A stretch of DNA of 63,811 bases, filler included, from Globobulimina sp. (taxonomy: Eukaryota), in the NCBI GenBank assembly GCA_003354225.1. It is 51 parts of 51 records of this genome, joined end to end, with 100 filler letters (N's around TTAATTAATTAA, not from the genome) between each part and the next. Parts side by side here need not be neighbours in the genome. Positions count along the whole stretch, not along the records: positions 23,827 to 24,980 come from PIVH01022195.1; positions 25,081 to 26,233 come from PIVH01022196.1; positions 26,334 to 27,486 come from PIVH01022197.1; positions 27,587 to 28,739 come from PIVH01022198.1; positions 28,840 to 29,992 come from PIVH01022199.1; positions 30,093 to 31,245 come from PIVH01022200.1; positions 31,346 to 32,498 come from PIVH01022201.1; positions 32,599 to 33,751 come from PIVH01022202.1; 43 more parts are not named here. The stretch is one strand, 5' to 3'. Below, piece by piece: positions 24,119 through 36,914 of this stretch. Numbering within the stretch: position 1 is the stretch's first letter; each line of letters begins with the position of its first letter. The translations under genes and the position numbers were made by a program. A model generated the notes under the pieces. That model did no database searches. It was given only the letters and a program-made list of their open reading frames with translations, and was not told where the DNA came from.

Positions 24119-24535
24119 TTATAAAACACAACTACAGTTCCAATGCACTTTAATACTATGTCCTAAGCGAGAGGCAACTTGTTCACACCAGTTATTACAA
24201 TTTTTATCGGATGAATAGTTTGCTCCCGAATCTGCATAATCAACCGCAGCATTTACTTCTTTTAATGTATGTTTCCCTAAAGACACACACTTCTGCCCAT
24301 AAACTGAGGCCGTAGCATATCTTTCTGAGGCATTGCTCCATTTTGTCCCCCATTCATACACTCTCCATTTATCATCAATACCATCAACAGCAATGTAATG
24401 ATGTACCCCGAAAACCGCTTTAATTCGCCTTGAACGAACATAAACATTCGCACGTGTCTCGTCGTCTCGACCATCGTGCCAGGAATCATCTGTATATTTT
24501 GTGGCTGCTGCTGATGCTCCAGATGAGGAACCCAT
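24119..24535 (-). CDS. Permuted papain-like (PPPDE/LRAT, NlpC/P60) protein with N-myristoylation and CaaX signals
   Basis: HHYIAV...VYEWG ... NYSSDKNCNNWC (His before the NC motif); starts MGSSSG, ends CSCVL. Confidence 0.7.
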   Translation of the reverse strand: MGSSSGASAAATKYTDDSWHDGRDDETRANVYVRSRRIKAVFGVHHYIAVDGIDDKWRVYEWGTKWSNASERYATASVYGQKCVSLGKHTLKEVNAAVDYADSGANYSSDKNCNNWCEQVASRLGHSIKVHWNCSCVL

Positions 24536-25080
24536 TGTTTAATAGTTTATATAAATAAGTGTGTGAAATGTGTGAAATGTGTGAGTGAGTGCTGAAGAAG
24601 TTAAAACAAAACTTAATTATATTATTAACAATGCTTGCACAAAATGACCAGTATCGAACGACTGTTACAAACCGTGACAAGCAAACATCACGAAACACAG
24701 CAGCAAAACATAGGATATTAATTAATAACAAATATAACCAAAATTATCAAACTTTATTAACGTACAATAGAATAATGTGTAAAACAACGCAATGGATATT
24801 GTCCGGATGTATTACAATTCTGTTATTTTCAATGACATATTATGTTTCAAGGATGAAGGCCTAATAGTAAAGACTAGTTCAAAATATTCTGCAACACTTA
24901 AAGAAGTTCAGACTGGTTTTAAAGTAGACATTCCTCAGGGATATAGACTCGCCGGAATTCTACATTGGAACAATCAAAATNNNNNNNNNNNNNNNNNNNN
25001 NNNNNNNNNNNNNNNNNNNNNNNNTTAATTAATTAANNNNNNNNNNNNNNNNNNNNNNNNNNNNNNNNNNNNNNNNNNNN

Positions 25081-26128
25081 TGCAAAGACGTTTTAGTTCG
25101 CGGTGGTAAAAGTTTTTCGTGCTTTGTAATCTTTTTATGTCGGGTCGATTTTTGATCCATGGCTGCGCAGGCCGTTTAAACGTTTTCGTTTCAAGTGGGG
25201 CCAATAAATCAATTGTCTCACTTATGATCGTTTGTAGAAGATTAGCCTTTTCATTGACAGGTAAGGACTCGTCATAATTGGCAAAACGGATAAACAGTTC
25301 ATTGTTTATTTCTTGGGGTGTTAAGGCTGTTCTATCTCTGACCTCACATATAAACGCTTTGTCTTTGGGTACCTTCAGGCGCAAGGCTGACCAAACCATG
25401 TTATGATCCGATAAGTCGCATAGCAAAGAGTCTTATCTTTCAACCAAAGCAAACAATTGGGGACTCAAGAATATTTGGTCGATTAACGACTTAGTGACAT
25501 AGCCGCCAGACCACATAATACAAGTGGGCTTTGAAATAACTTGGGTCATACCTTTATCCATAGAGCAATTAAGAAATTGTTGGCCAGACTGAATAGAAAT
25601 GTCAATATTCGTATCTCCTAAGACCACATTTTCGCGCCCAGAAAGGGCAAGAGATTCCAATAGAGCAGAGAACACACTAGGCATCTCAGCAGCAGAACAG
25701 CAATCGTGAAAGTTACGGTAAACTACAGTTATGTTGATGGGAGTTGCGGCAGAACAACGCACAGAAACAGACAATTTTTCTAACAATAAATTTTCTGTCC
25801 TTTCATGTATTTGGGCATTTACAGAGGCATTAAGTACATTTCTTACATAAAAAGCGACACCAGATCCGTTTCCAGAGCCATCCTTTCGGAAAAAGGTGTA
25901 GCCGTCAACCGCAAGAGCAGCATCAGTGTCCAATGAATGGAGCCACGTTTCAGTTAGGGCAAGAACGTCAATACCAGTTAGTTTCAAAAAACGACCAATT
26001 TCATCCAATTTATTCCGTAGACTTCGGATATTTAAGGAAGCAACAGTTAACAAATCGTGGCGATTAAGTTTAAGTTTTCTTATAATTGATGGTATTTCCC
26101 AGCAAGACAATAGATTAAAATTTGCCAT
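25081..26128 (-). mobile_element. CR1/L2-like non-LTR retrotransposon APE endonuclease with in-frame TAA at 25433-25435 (inactivated)
   Basis: SLNIRSL, DVLALTETWL, GYTFFRKD, GVAFYV, LGDTNID, QVISKPT, IDQIF, SDH, QPWI; the two ORFs share a frame. Confidence 0.9.
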
Positions 26129-26333
26129 TTATATATAGAAAAGGGGAATAATTGCTAAGAATTTACAAAAGGAAGCATACAGAAGCACCTCGACATATTT
26201 ACTAATGGACAGTTAAGTCGAGCGCAAACCATANNNNNNNNNNNNNNNNNNNNNNNNNNNNNNNNNNNNNNNNNNNNTTAATTAATTAANNNNNNNNNNN
26301 NNNNNNNNNNNNNNNNNNNNNNNNNNNNNNNNN

Positions 26334-27486
26334 AATTTATAGACACAGCACATCATTACAACAGTAATGGACTTGAAAAGAAATTATTTAATCATTTAAA
26401 TACAATTGACAGTAAAAATGATATTATAGAACATAAAAATAAACTGCTTTTATCAGATATTGATATAATGGAAGGAGCCATGGATTATAGAATGGATTTA
26501 TACGGCAAAAGACATGAATTACACAATAATCCCAACGTAGAACAAAAAATAAATCAAATTATAACGCATTCATATGAGCAGGACCATAATAACAGAAATA
26601 CGGACTTCACGTCCAATGAATTTGAAACAGCACTTAATCATTTTAACAAAGGCAAAGCTGTCGGTCTTGACGGGATTGGATACAAATTGATACAAACCAT
26701 AAACAGTAATGAATATATACACAATTTTACGCTGGATCTAATAAATAAAATCTATAATGTATCTATATATCCAGATCAATTACACATAAATAAATTAAAA
26801 ATGCTAAAAAAAAGATCATACGTGAACAATTTCGGCGATTTCAGGGGTATAACAATTGCAAATAACTTTAAAAATATTATAAATATAATGAAATTCAAGC
26901 GATATAAACATATTTTACTACAAAATACACACAGCAATCATGCAGCACATAAACCGGGCATCGGTTGCGAATTAACAATGATGGCAATAGCTAATATAAT
27001 AAATAAATTACGTAAACAAAATGAAAAACTATACCTTGCATTAACAGATTTGGACAAAGCATATGATAAAGTTAGCAGATCAGGAATAATTTTGCAATTA
27101 AATACCATTAATATCAGTGGTAAAAACATAAGATTACTAATCAACGAATTGAATAATAGTAAATGCATAGTAACATACAACGGAATTCATTCACTGGAAA
27201 TCGACATAAATGACGGCACTCCGCAGGGACACGTAGAGAGCGGCGCGATTTATAATATATACACTAATTCCGCATTGATTGAGTGTTTAAAAGCGGTTAA
27301 AACGCATTGCTACGATGTAAATGTGTCGGCGTGGTATTACGCCGATGATGGCTTAAAAATAGCATTGAATATAGATCATATACAAAAATTAATTGATACT
27401 GAAACACATGAATTAAAACAATGGAATATGACTATAAATCCGACGAAATCAAAAATAGTCAAAATATCGAAACATAAAAAATTCTT
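26334..27486 (+). mobile_element. Non-LTR retrotransposon reverse transcriptase, partial
   Basis: KAVGLDGI, FRGIT, DLDKAYDKV, GTPQG, YYADD, INPTKS. Confidence 0.93.
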
Positions 27487-27586
27487 NNNNNNNNNNNNNN
27501 NNNNNNNNNNNNNNNNNNNNNNNNNNNNNNTTAATTAATTAANNNNNNNNNNNNNNNNNNNNNNNNNNNNNNNNNNNNNNNNNNNN

Positions 27587-28533
<947 letters not shown>

Positions 28534-29026
28534 TATACATTTTGTGTTATACAATGACTCAATATAGCTATTTTCCACATATTTTTAATTAGTTAATTTG
28601 GTTTATATTATTGTTTTATTTTTCCAATTTGTTTTTTGGGGGATACTGAAGTTTTTTTTTTGCAATTGTTATTTTTTGTAATATGTATTTAAATTTATCG
28701 CTACATTTAGTGGCTGTCTTATATCCAATATTATTAAATNNNNNNNNNNNNNNNNNNNNNNNNNNNNNNNNNNNNNNNNNNNNTTAATTAATTAANNNNN
28801 NNNNNNNNNNNNNNNNNNNNNNNNNNNNNNNNNNNNNNNCAATATAACAAACAATCAGAAATAAAACTAGTTTGCAAAAACACTGATTGTAAGTGATTCT
28901 AATGAAATAAAATCACATTACGGTTGTATTAATGCATTATAAATATATAGTTACATACCTAAAAAGTAGAAAAAAGAAAAGGGAATTATTTTTATTAAAT
29001 AGATTATACTATGATTTACTTTTTAT

Positions 29027-29880
29027 TTATCCATATTTTAATAGATATTTGGCATCGACTTTTTTGATACATTTACCATTTTTATATCGCTTAATTATAT
29101 CATATCGAGTCAACAAAATATAATCATACATTGCTTGCAAAATCTTAGCTCTTTCATTCACCATCAATTGGAATGATGGAAATATATATTGTTTCACATA
29201 TTTGCTCGGATCAATATATTTATATTTAATGTATTTTATTTTTTTACTTTCATCGCTAATTAATTGGTTGTGTTTTTTGTAAACTTCATCCACCACATCA
29301 ATCATTGTCTGCCTTTCCTGTAAATAGAAATCAGCCGGGCACTCAAATAAAATATGTACGATTGACTCCTCCGTTTGATTATGATCGCAGTCTGGATGCT
29401 GACTACAAAAAGGTTCATAATTTAGGTTATTTGCCTTGTAATGAAGGTATTGATTGGTTGGCAGTTGTTTTGTCATCATCATAAGTCTAAAATCATTTTC
29501 TTGTTCCTTTAAAAATGGAATAATCTCTGCATATTTCTTGGGGGCCCATGGGATGAACCATTCCCAATAATGACCACCCCATTCATCAATTTGACTGATT
29601 TTATATTGGCGCCACATATCAGCATCATATTTATTTGTCAAATATTTTATTTCGGACTTCACCGTATCATAAGATATCATTGAATTGGGATTCAGCCACA
29701 TTTCTTCAGCCAATTTTCTATCGTATTGTGCAGGTTCAATATCATTTGAATTTATTAACTGTTAATTGTCTCTGACTATATCCGCCATATATTTTGCCGC
29801 TGTGTCCACCGCATCATTTAGCTCCGACTCATCATGACTGTGGACCCAATATATTTGGATAAAATCATCCGATAAATCCT
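29027..29880 (-). mobile_element. Non-LTR retrotransposon ORF2 C-terminus: end of RNase H plus CCHC-type zinc finger; in-frame TAA at 29762-29764
   Basis: IYWVHSH..SELNDAVDTAAK; FC...DC...EESIVHILFECP. Confidence 0.8.
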
Positions 29881-30584
29881 TTCTGATCAAAAGTGATGGA
29901 ATCAATGGTTTTTATATATTTTGCGGATGCAAACCATTTCCATAAAATACTGTGTTGTTGTTCCTGCGGCGCCATTTTTTGTGTTTGTTTTANNNNNNNN
30001 NNNNNNNNNNNNNNNNNNNNNNNNNNNNNNNNNNNNTTAATTAATTAANNNNNNNNNNNNNNNNNNNNNNNNNNNNNNNNNNNNNNNNNNNNATAAATAA
30101 TACTGAAATTGTATGATAAATATAAATAGGATAGGTTGGTAGATGTTAATTCGGAAATAATTTTGGAATATTAAACGGTACGCAATGCAATATTATGTTA
30201 ACGCTGCATTATATGCCATAATACACTATTTTTCGAATTCCGTAAATAAATACAGACTGTGATTGTTCCATAAAAGTTGACATAAAACTAGTTAACTTTT
30301 ATTGTAACCGTGATGCTCTTAAAGTAACTTTTAAACTAGAGATCACCGGTCACCTTCACCTGGATTATAACGATAGAATATCTGTGTTTGACTGAATTCA
30401 AATTAAATATGAAATGTAATTAAAAACATGAATAATAAAAAACACATAAAGAAAAAACAATTACAGTAACATAAAAACAAGAAACAATGTCAAAATTAAG
30501 AGGCATTTTAATGGCTTGATTTGAAACATGAAATAACCATCGCTTGATTGTAACATTGCCATTTTCTTTTATGATTATTTTGGA

Positions 30585-31245
30585 TTATTTTAAACCACAT
30601 AACCAAGAATGCATAACTTGCGTTGGAAAAGATGTAAATCCGCCATTTTGCATATTTTCCATTTGTTGAACAAATGAACTATTACTGGGCAGAGGAGGCG
30701 ACGGAGCAGGCGATGGTCTGCAGGGTCTACCACAACTGTCATAATCATAAACATCAAGATCGCGGTCTTTATTTTTATCTTTATGATCTTTATTGTTATT
30801 TTGCTTATGAATAATTGGTGATGGCGATGGTATGTATTGATGCGATGAATGACAATGTTCTCTCATATTTATTTCGATTGGTAAAGTTGGAAATAATGGA
30901 CGCTCTCTTTCTATCGCTAGATTGTTACTATTTTTATTCTTCTTCTTATCGCTTGGATCAATCACTTTGTCAGGCAAATCTTTTCGAATTTGCTCTCTTG
31001 ATTTTGATGGTGATTTACAGGGTGATCTTGATTCAACAAATGATGACTTACGTGTTAGACACTGTTGTTCGTGTCTCGACAAAGGTTGCATGCTCAACAA
31101 TTGCTAGAGCAAAAACGTACTGCTTATTGCATTTAAAAAATTGGGACTGTCGGACTTCATGAACATCAAACATTTCATTTTGCAATGTATCCTCTTTCCC
31201 CAAATGAAATTCAGTATACAACAAAAAATCAGAATTGCTGTGTTG
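30585..31245 (-). CDS. Low-complexity hypothetical protein C-terminus
   Basis: Open frame rich in Pro/Ser/Lys. Confidence 0.45.
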
Positions 31246-31345
31246 NNNNNNNNNNNNNNNNNNNNNNNNNNNNNNNNNNNNNNNNNNNNTTAATTAATTA
31301 ANNNNNNNNNNNNNNNNNNNNNNNNNNNNNNNNNNNNNNNNNNNN

Positions 31346-31672
31346 GAAACCGACGGTGGCGCCCAAGCAGCAATTCATTTCTTTGGAGACTCGCCGAGAT
31401 AACGAGACTGCGCCAATACGGCGCGGCTGCGTTATTATTATGGATTTGTAGAGCTTGGAATGGTACAATATTTGCGACAATTGTGTCGATTTACCGCTGC
31501 CGGTGTCTCTTGTTATGATTATTATGTCGTTTTGTGGATTGTTTATGATGGATAATATTTCTTCCTTACATGCATCGATTGGTAAACGACGTCGGTTTAA
31601 TGATAGTTTTTGTCGTTTTGATGGCGGTGCGATATCGTCGTTATCTTTTCTTGCTCGCTTTGGAAGTGACAT
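31346..31672 (-). CDS. DEAH-box RNA helicase N-terminus, 3'-partial
   Basis: LPI....EEIL, DTGSGKSTQ, TQPRRIGAVSLSRRVSKEM...LGATVG. Confidence 0.92.
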
Positions 31673-31714
31673 TGCAAGTTTGGCGTAAGGTTTTTTTAAC
31701 AATATTAGTAGACA

Positions 31715-32498
31715 ATGTCCATATCCACCAAACGAGCAGCAGCAGAAGAACTTGTTTGTTCGCCAACACCATCAAAAAAACGCAAACTGAACAATGAGGA
31801 AGAAAAGAAAACTGATAAACGATTGCCAGTCACAGTTTTATCTGGGTATGGCCCAAAAAGGCGCACTACCAAATCATAATTAATTAATGTGTTTGTTTTA
31901 ATAATAATTTAATTAATTTCCAGATTTTTAGGCAGTGGCAAGACGACGTTGTTGCAACACATTTTGCACAACAATCAGAATCTCAAAATCGCAGTCATTG
32001 TGAATGATATGTCGACATTGAATATCGATGCCGAATTCATAAAAAAAAGCAACTTAAATCTCATCCAACGCAAAGAGTCCTTGATTGAGATGCAAAACGG
32101 TTGTATTTGTTGCACATTGCGCGAAGACTTATTGATTGAAATCAAGAAATTAGCTGAACAGCACAAATATGATTATTTAGTGATTGAGTCGACGGGAATT
32201 GGCGAACCAATGCAGGTGGCGGAAACCTTCACTTTTGGCGAATTGATGAATGAAAAGGAAAAGGAAAAGGAAAAGGAGAGTGGAAATGGTGACAAATTAT
32301 CTGACATCGCCAAATTGGACACAATGGTGACCATCATCGACGCCTTGAATTTCAAGAATTATATCGATTGCGTCGACTCGCTGTCGCAGAAATATTCGAG
32401 CAATCTGACGCTGGAAGTCCCAGAAGAAGATGACCGGAATGTGTGCCATTTATTAATTGACCAAATTGAGTTTGCCAATGTGATAATTATCAACAAAA
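31715..32498 (+). CDS. COG0523/CobW-family Zn metallochaperone GTPase (YciC/ZNG1-like); intron 31846-31923; 3'-partial
   Basis: LPVTVLSG|FLGSGKTT, IAVIVNDM, NGCICCTLREDL, IESTGIGEP, DQIEFANVIIINK. Confidence 0.95.
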
Positions 32499-32598
32499 NN
32501 NNNNNNNNNNNNNNNNNNNNNNNNNNNNNNNNNNNNNNNNNNTTAATTAATTAANNNNNNNNNNNNNNNNNNNNNNNNNNNNNNNNNNNNNNNNNNNN

Positions 32599-33751
32599 AA
32601 CTGAAATCACTTCAAATCAAGTAACAATTCCGTCGTTATTGGGTTTAAAGGCATGGAATTGATATCAATCGATGCAGAATGGACGAGATTATGATTTGGG
32701 ACTGAATATATTTCATGATATTGGAGAAGACCTTTAAAGTATGTTTGAATGCTCCGAATGAATTCAAAAAATCAAAATATGTCACATAAATATCTCTTAT
32801 AGACGTGGTTCAATTTTTTTCTTGATCCCGTCTTTAGATATTTTGTTCTCACTACATAGGTATAACTCGATTATGGCGGAGAAAACCAGAAACCAAAGGA
32901 AAACAGTTCCGGAATCTGACATTATTATAATGGACATAAGTTAAAAACATGTCTATTAATATCTAATTTTTTGACATAATAAGTTAATAACACACACAAA
33001 TAAATAGATTATGGCATCAAATATGGCATTCATGGATATTCCATCTGGTGATATTTTATTCCGCACCGTTTCCATGGCTTTGTGCGAGAGTGTGGGTGAT
33101 AAACTTGGATTATTTGTGGGTGGTTGGCTTGGTCCTAAGCTCACATAATAAATAATTTGAAAACAGTAAAAAAAATAAGAAAAAAAGATCATGCAACAAA
33201 AGATAATAAAAACACAAAAAAAATGAATACAAATAACAAAAAAACAAAAATAATTTAAGTTGTTTGTGGCACTCTGGCACAATCTCCATAAATTTTTGAT
33301 GCAATTTTTTTTTTGTCGATAATCCACATTTGATGCCATAATCTATTTATTTGTGTGTGTTATTAACTTATTTTTGAAAAAAATTACATTTTAATAGACA
33401 GGTTCTTAACTTATGTCCATTATAATTATACCCAATTCCGCAACCGTTTTCCTTTTGTTTCTCTATTTCTCCGCTATAATCGATTCATACCTATGTAGAG
33501 AGAAAAAATTATCTAAAGACGCGATCAAGAAAAAAATTGAACCACGTCTATAAGAGATATTTATGTCACATATTTTGATTTTTTGAATTCATTCGCGCCA
33601 TTCAAACATACTTTAAATGGCTTCTCCAATACCATGAAATATATTCAGTCCCAAATCATAATCTCGTCCATTCTGCATCGATTGATATCAATTCCATGCC
33701 TTTAAACCCAATAACGACGGAATTGTTACTTGATTTGAAGTGATTTCAGTT
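32599..33751. repeat. Contig-long imperfect palindrome: 428-bp inverted arms (32599-33026, 33324-33751) around a 297-bp spacer
   Basis: Contig ends are exact reverse complements for about 119 bp, then stay colinear with scattered substitutions. Confidence 0.95.
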
Positions 33752-33851
33752 NNNNNNNNNNNNNNNNNNNNNNNNNNNNNNNNNNNNNNNNNNNNTTAAT
33801 TAATTAANNNNNNNNNNNNNNNNNNNNNNNNNNNNNNNNNNNNNNNNNNNN

Positions 33852-35004
33852 AATATGCAATCGAATCCCCGAAAATTGATTCGAAATATCGCCGCAATAA
33901 AAGCCGGCCAAGACCGATTGTGCGACGAAGAATGAATTTTGATAATAATCGAATTTATGCGCGTGGCCAGAGAAATAATAATGATAACCGTAATAATAAC
34001 AATGCAAATTCAAATAATAAACAAGAAAATGAAGACGAAGATGACGATGCGAATACAAATGAGCCATAACCATGTCCTAAACACTAAAATCTCATCCATG
34101 CTTTCAGCTAACATCCGATCTCCAATTTTAATCATTAGAATGAACTTTTCTGTTTCCAATCTTTTATTAATACTATTTGCTGTTATATATAACCTTTTCT
34201 TTTTTCAAATCTATAATTGGACTTTGAAACTGTTCATCCCCTTTAAACCCTATGTGTTTTCTCTTTTTTTGATTATAAACACATTCTTTGATCTGCATAC
34301 ATGTTTAATTTTAAATTTATTTTCGTCACGCTCCATGTTGTATATTATGATAACAATTATCCAATACTCCATTATCTGTTTCTGTTCAGCTGGTTCTGTT
34401 GAAACCAGTTTGTTTAATTATGGTAAGAAAACTTTTGAGTCGCCGTTTTCCCTGTTTTGAGAATTGGCCAACTCAATATTCGTGGGTTACAGGATGCAAA
34501 TCGATCCTTCCACAAACAGAAACAAATTGAAACAATTTTACGCAAACATAATCTAGATATCTTATTATTGCAAGAATTAGTGGTTACCGCGAGAGCGGAC
34601 ATTAACGACCAATATTATTATGACAAAAACGATAATTATCACAAATTTAGAGTTACTGAAAACAGATTTGATCGGTATAAATTTTGGGCACCGAAGACCG
34701 AATGCGGCATCATATACAGAGATAACTTAGAAGTCACACGATTAAATGAATTCATCCCGATTTCGCAGTGCAGAGAAACTAATATTGCAATCTGCGGAAT
34801 CCTGATCCACACCAAACATAAACCAATTGCAGTCTATTCTTATTATCGCCCTCCAAAATATGGCGAAGCAACACAATTATTTCAATTTAAATATGAAGGA
34901 GAAAAAGTGATCCTTGGCGGTGATTTAAACCTCCACCATGAAATGTCGGGGAGCAAAAAACACAATAACGGATCGAGGGACTTTGTGACCCTTTTGCCCC
35001 ATTC
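33852..35004 (+). mobile_element. Non-LTR retrotransposon: probable ORF1 end (stop 34067-34069) and ORF2 APE endonuclease (from 34457)
   Basis: RIGQLNIRGL, DILLLQE, YSYYRPP, ILGGDLNLHH. Confidence 0.85.
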
Positions 35005-35129
35005 NNNNNNNNNNNNNNNNNNNNNNNNNNNNNNNNNNNNNNNNNNNNTTAATTAATTAANNNNNNNNNNNNNNNNNNNNNNNNNNNNNNNNNNNNNNNN
35101 NNNNATAAAAATACAATCATGGACATTAT

Positions 35130-35770
35130 TCATTTATTGACACTTTGTTTGATATGTTGATGATGAATACCATCTTCTTGGTTATCATTCAAATCTATTT
35201 GCAATTTACATATTTTTTCAACATTTTGGGCCGACATATGGGAGTAATTGTTTCCTTGCGTATTTGTGAGTGTACTGTCTCCTGTATCAGCTATCGATGG
35301 TTGATCTGTTTCAGATATAGATACTGAGTGATTGTAAAATGAGTAATAAAATTCAGGAACGATCCATAATAAATAAACAAAAATAATGACAAATGATAAA
35401 ATCGAATATTGTGAATGTTGATGTATTTGGCCATTAAACAACATTTGGCTCAATGTATACAACGATGCTGCAATTAAACCAATGCAACACAAACATACAA
35501 CTAAAATAATATACGATACCATGCCTCCAACGTTATTATCAATCGCATAAATCATTTGGATAATTTTGTAAATTAATAATATGCAATAAAATATATTTGT
35601 AGACCAATGTGATGCGCAAATGGGGTAAAAATGTTGGAGTTGCTCCATCACATCATCCGTATCCTGCAAATCACCCATTTTTATGAAATCAAATTGCAAT
35701 AATTTTACATTGTTGGCTCCAGAATATACAATAAAATACACACCAATCCATATTGAAACGACCACAAAAT
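35130..35770 (-). CDS. Class C (GABA-B-like) GPCR C-terminal half, truncated at a repeat element
   Basis: TM4, loop ending C.S, LLIYKIIQMIYA (TM5), two further TMs, cytoplasmic tail. Confidence 0.55.
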
Positions 35771-36061
35771 CAGGGTGTGCTCTGTCTGCTTTTGTTTGTG
35801 GCGTGAGCTCTGTCTGCTCTTTTGTGTGGTGTGTGTTCTGTCTGCTCTTTTGTGTGTGTATGGTCTAACCTAAACTCTAAAAATAATTTTTTTCTGATTG
35901 GTTGACTCGAACATATGTGTAATCACTTTATGACGCTCAGAACACACACCACACAAAAGAGCAGACAGAGCCCACCCAACACAAACAAGAGCAGACAGAA
36001 CACACCCCAGACAAGAGCAGACAGAGCACACCCCAGACAAGAGCAGACAGAGCACACCCCG
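35771..36061. mobile_element. Foldback/MITE-like element with inverted arms built of tandem subunits (core AGCAGACAGA)
   Basis: Left arm starts CAGGGTGTGCTCTGTCTGCT, right arm ends AGCAGACAGAGCACACCCCG; three left and four to five right subunits. Confidence 0.75.
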
Positions 36062-36357
36062 TTTCTGTATTTCAAGTGCGCAAAGGGTAAACAACTAAAC
36101 GTGTTTTTTTCAGATGTCTACATCTCAAACATTACTGTATTCCTTTGATATAAAATAATTTTATATATAAAATATTTAATAATTTATTCTACCAAAAAAA
36201 AATGAATTTAGGAATTTAATTCTGAAAAATGTACATTTTATTAATCAAAAACAACAANNNNNNNNNNNNNNNNNNNNNNNNNNNNNNNNNNNNNNNNNNN
36301 NTTAATTAATTAANNNNNNNNNNNNNNNNNNNNNNNNNNNNNNNNNNNNNNNNNNNN

Positions 36358-36914
36358 CATCGCCAGATCCAATGGGGTCCAATAACCGCAGTGGTGGCAG
36401 TGCCCAGGCCGTCGAGGTATTGGTGGTTATGAATAAAATGACAATGTTGGTTATCATAGCCGCTCTCGTGTCGTTTTTAACCATTATCGGCAATTCAATC
36501 ATTGAATCGGTTGGGGATTATAATGATAAGGATGTGACTTCGGACGAAGGACTCGATCACGATGCTATTTGGGTGATGATATTGCCTGTATTTGATATGG
36601 TGGTCACATCGATTATGTTATATTTGCAGTTTAATTTCACGCATTGGGCTTATAAAAAAATGTGTCATTGTGCGGATATCATATTTTTACGATGTATGTT
36701 AAGCGTAATAACGTATTATTTGACCAGGGAGCAGCAGACAGAAAAGACGACATCGTTTATTATGGCTAACAATGCAAACAATAAGACATTGGAGTTCATG
36801 GAATTACATACAAAATCATCCACATTGACCCCAGCCACAAATGGTACAAATAAAACTACTACGGATGTCTCAACAGATCAGGTTGAGAAAGAAAGGTATA
36901 ATGAGGTTCCATGA
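36358..36914 (+). CDS. Membrane (7TM-like) protein C-terminus
   Basis: Two hydrophobic helices, YLQF...YKKMC..C. Confidence 0.5.

Noticed and set aside
16303-27486. RT fragments as retron, DGR, group II intron or defence RTs
   Set aside because: Motif spacing, thumb region and co-occurring APE/RNase H/CCHC fragments fit eukaryotic non-LTR retrotransposons
35870-36148. Short Cys-rich or Gln/Thr-rich ORFs
   Set aside because: Translations of the foldback repeat subunits
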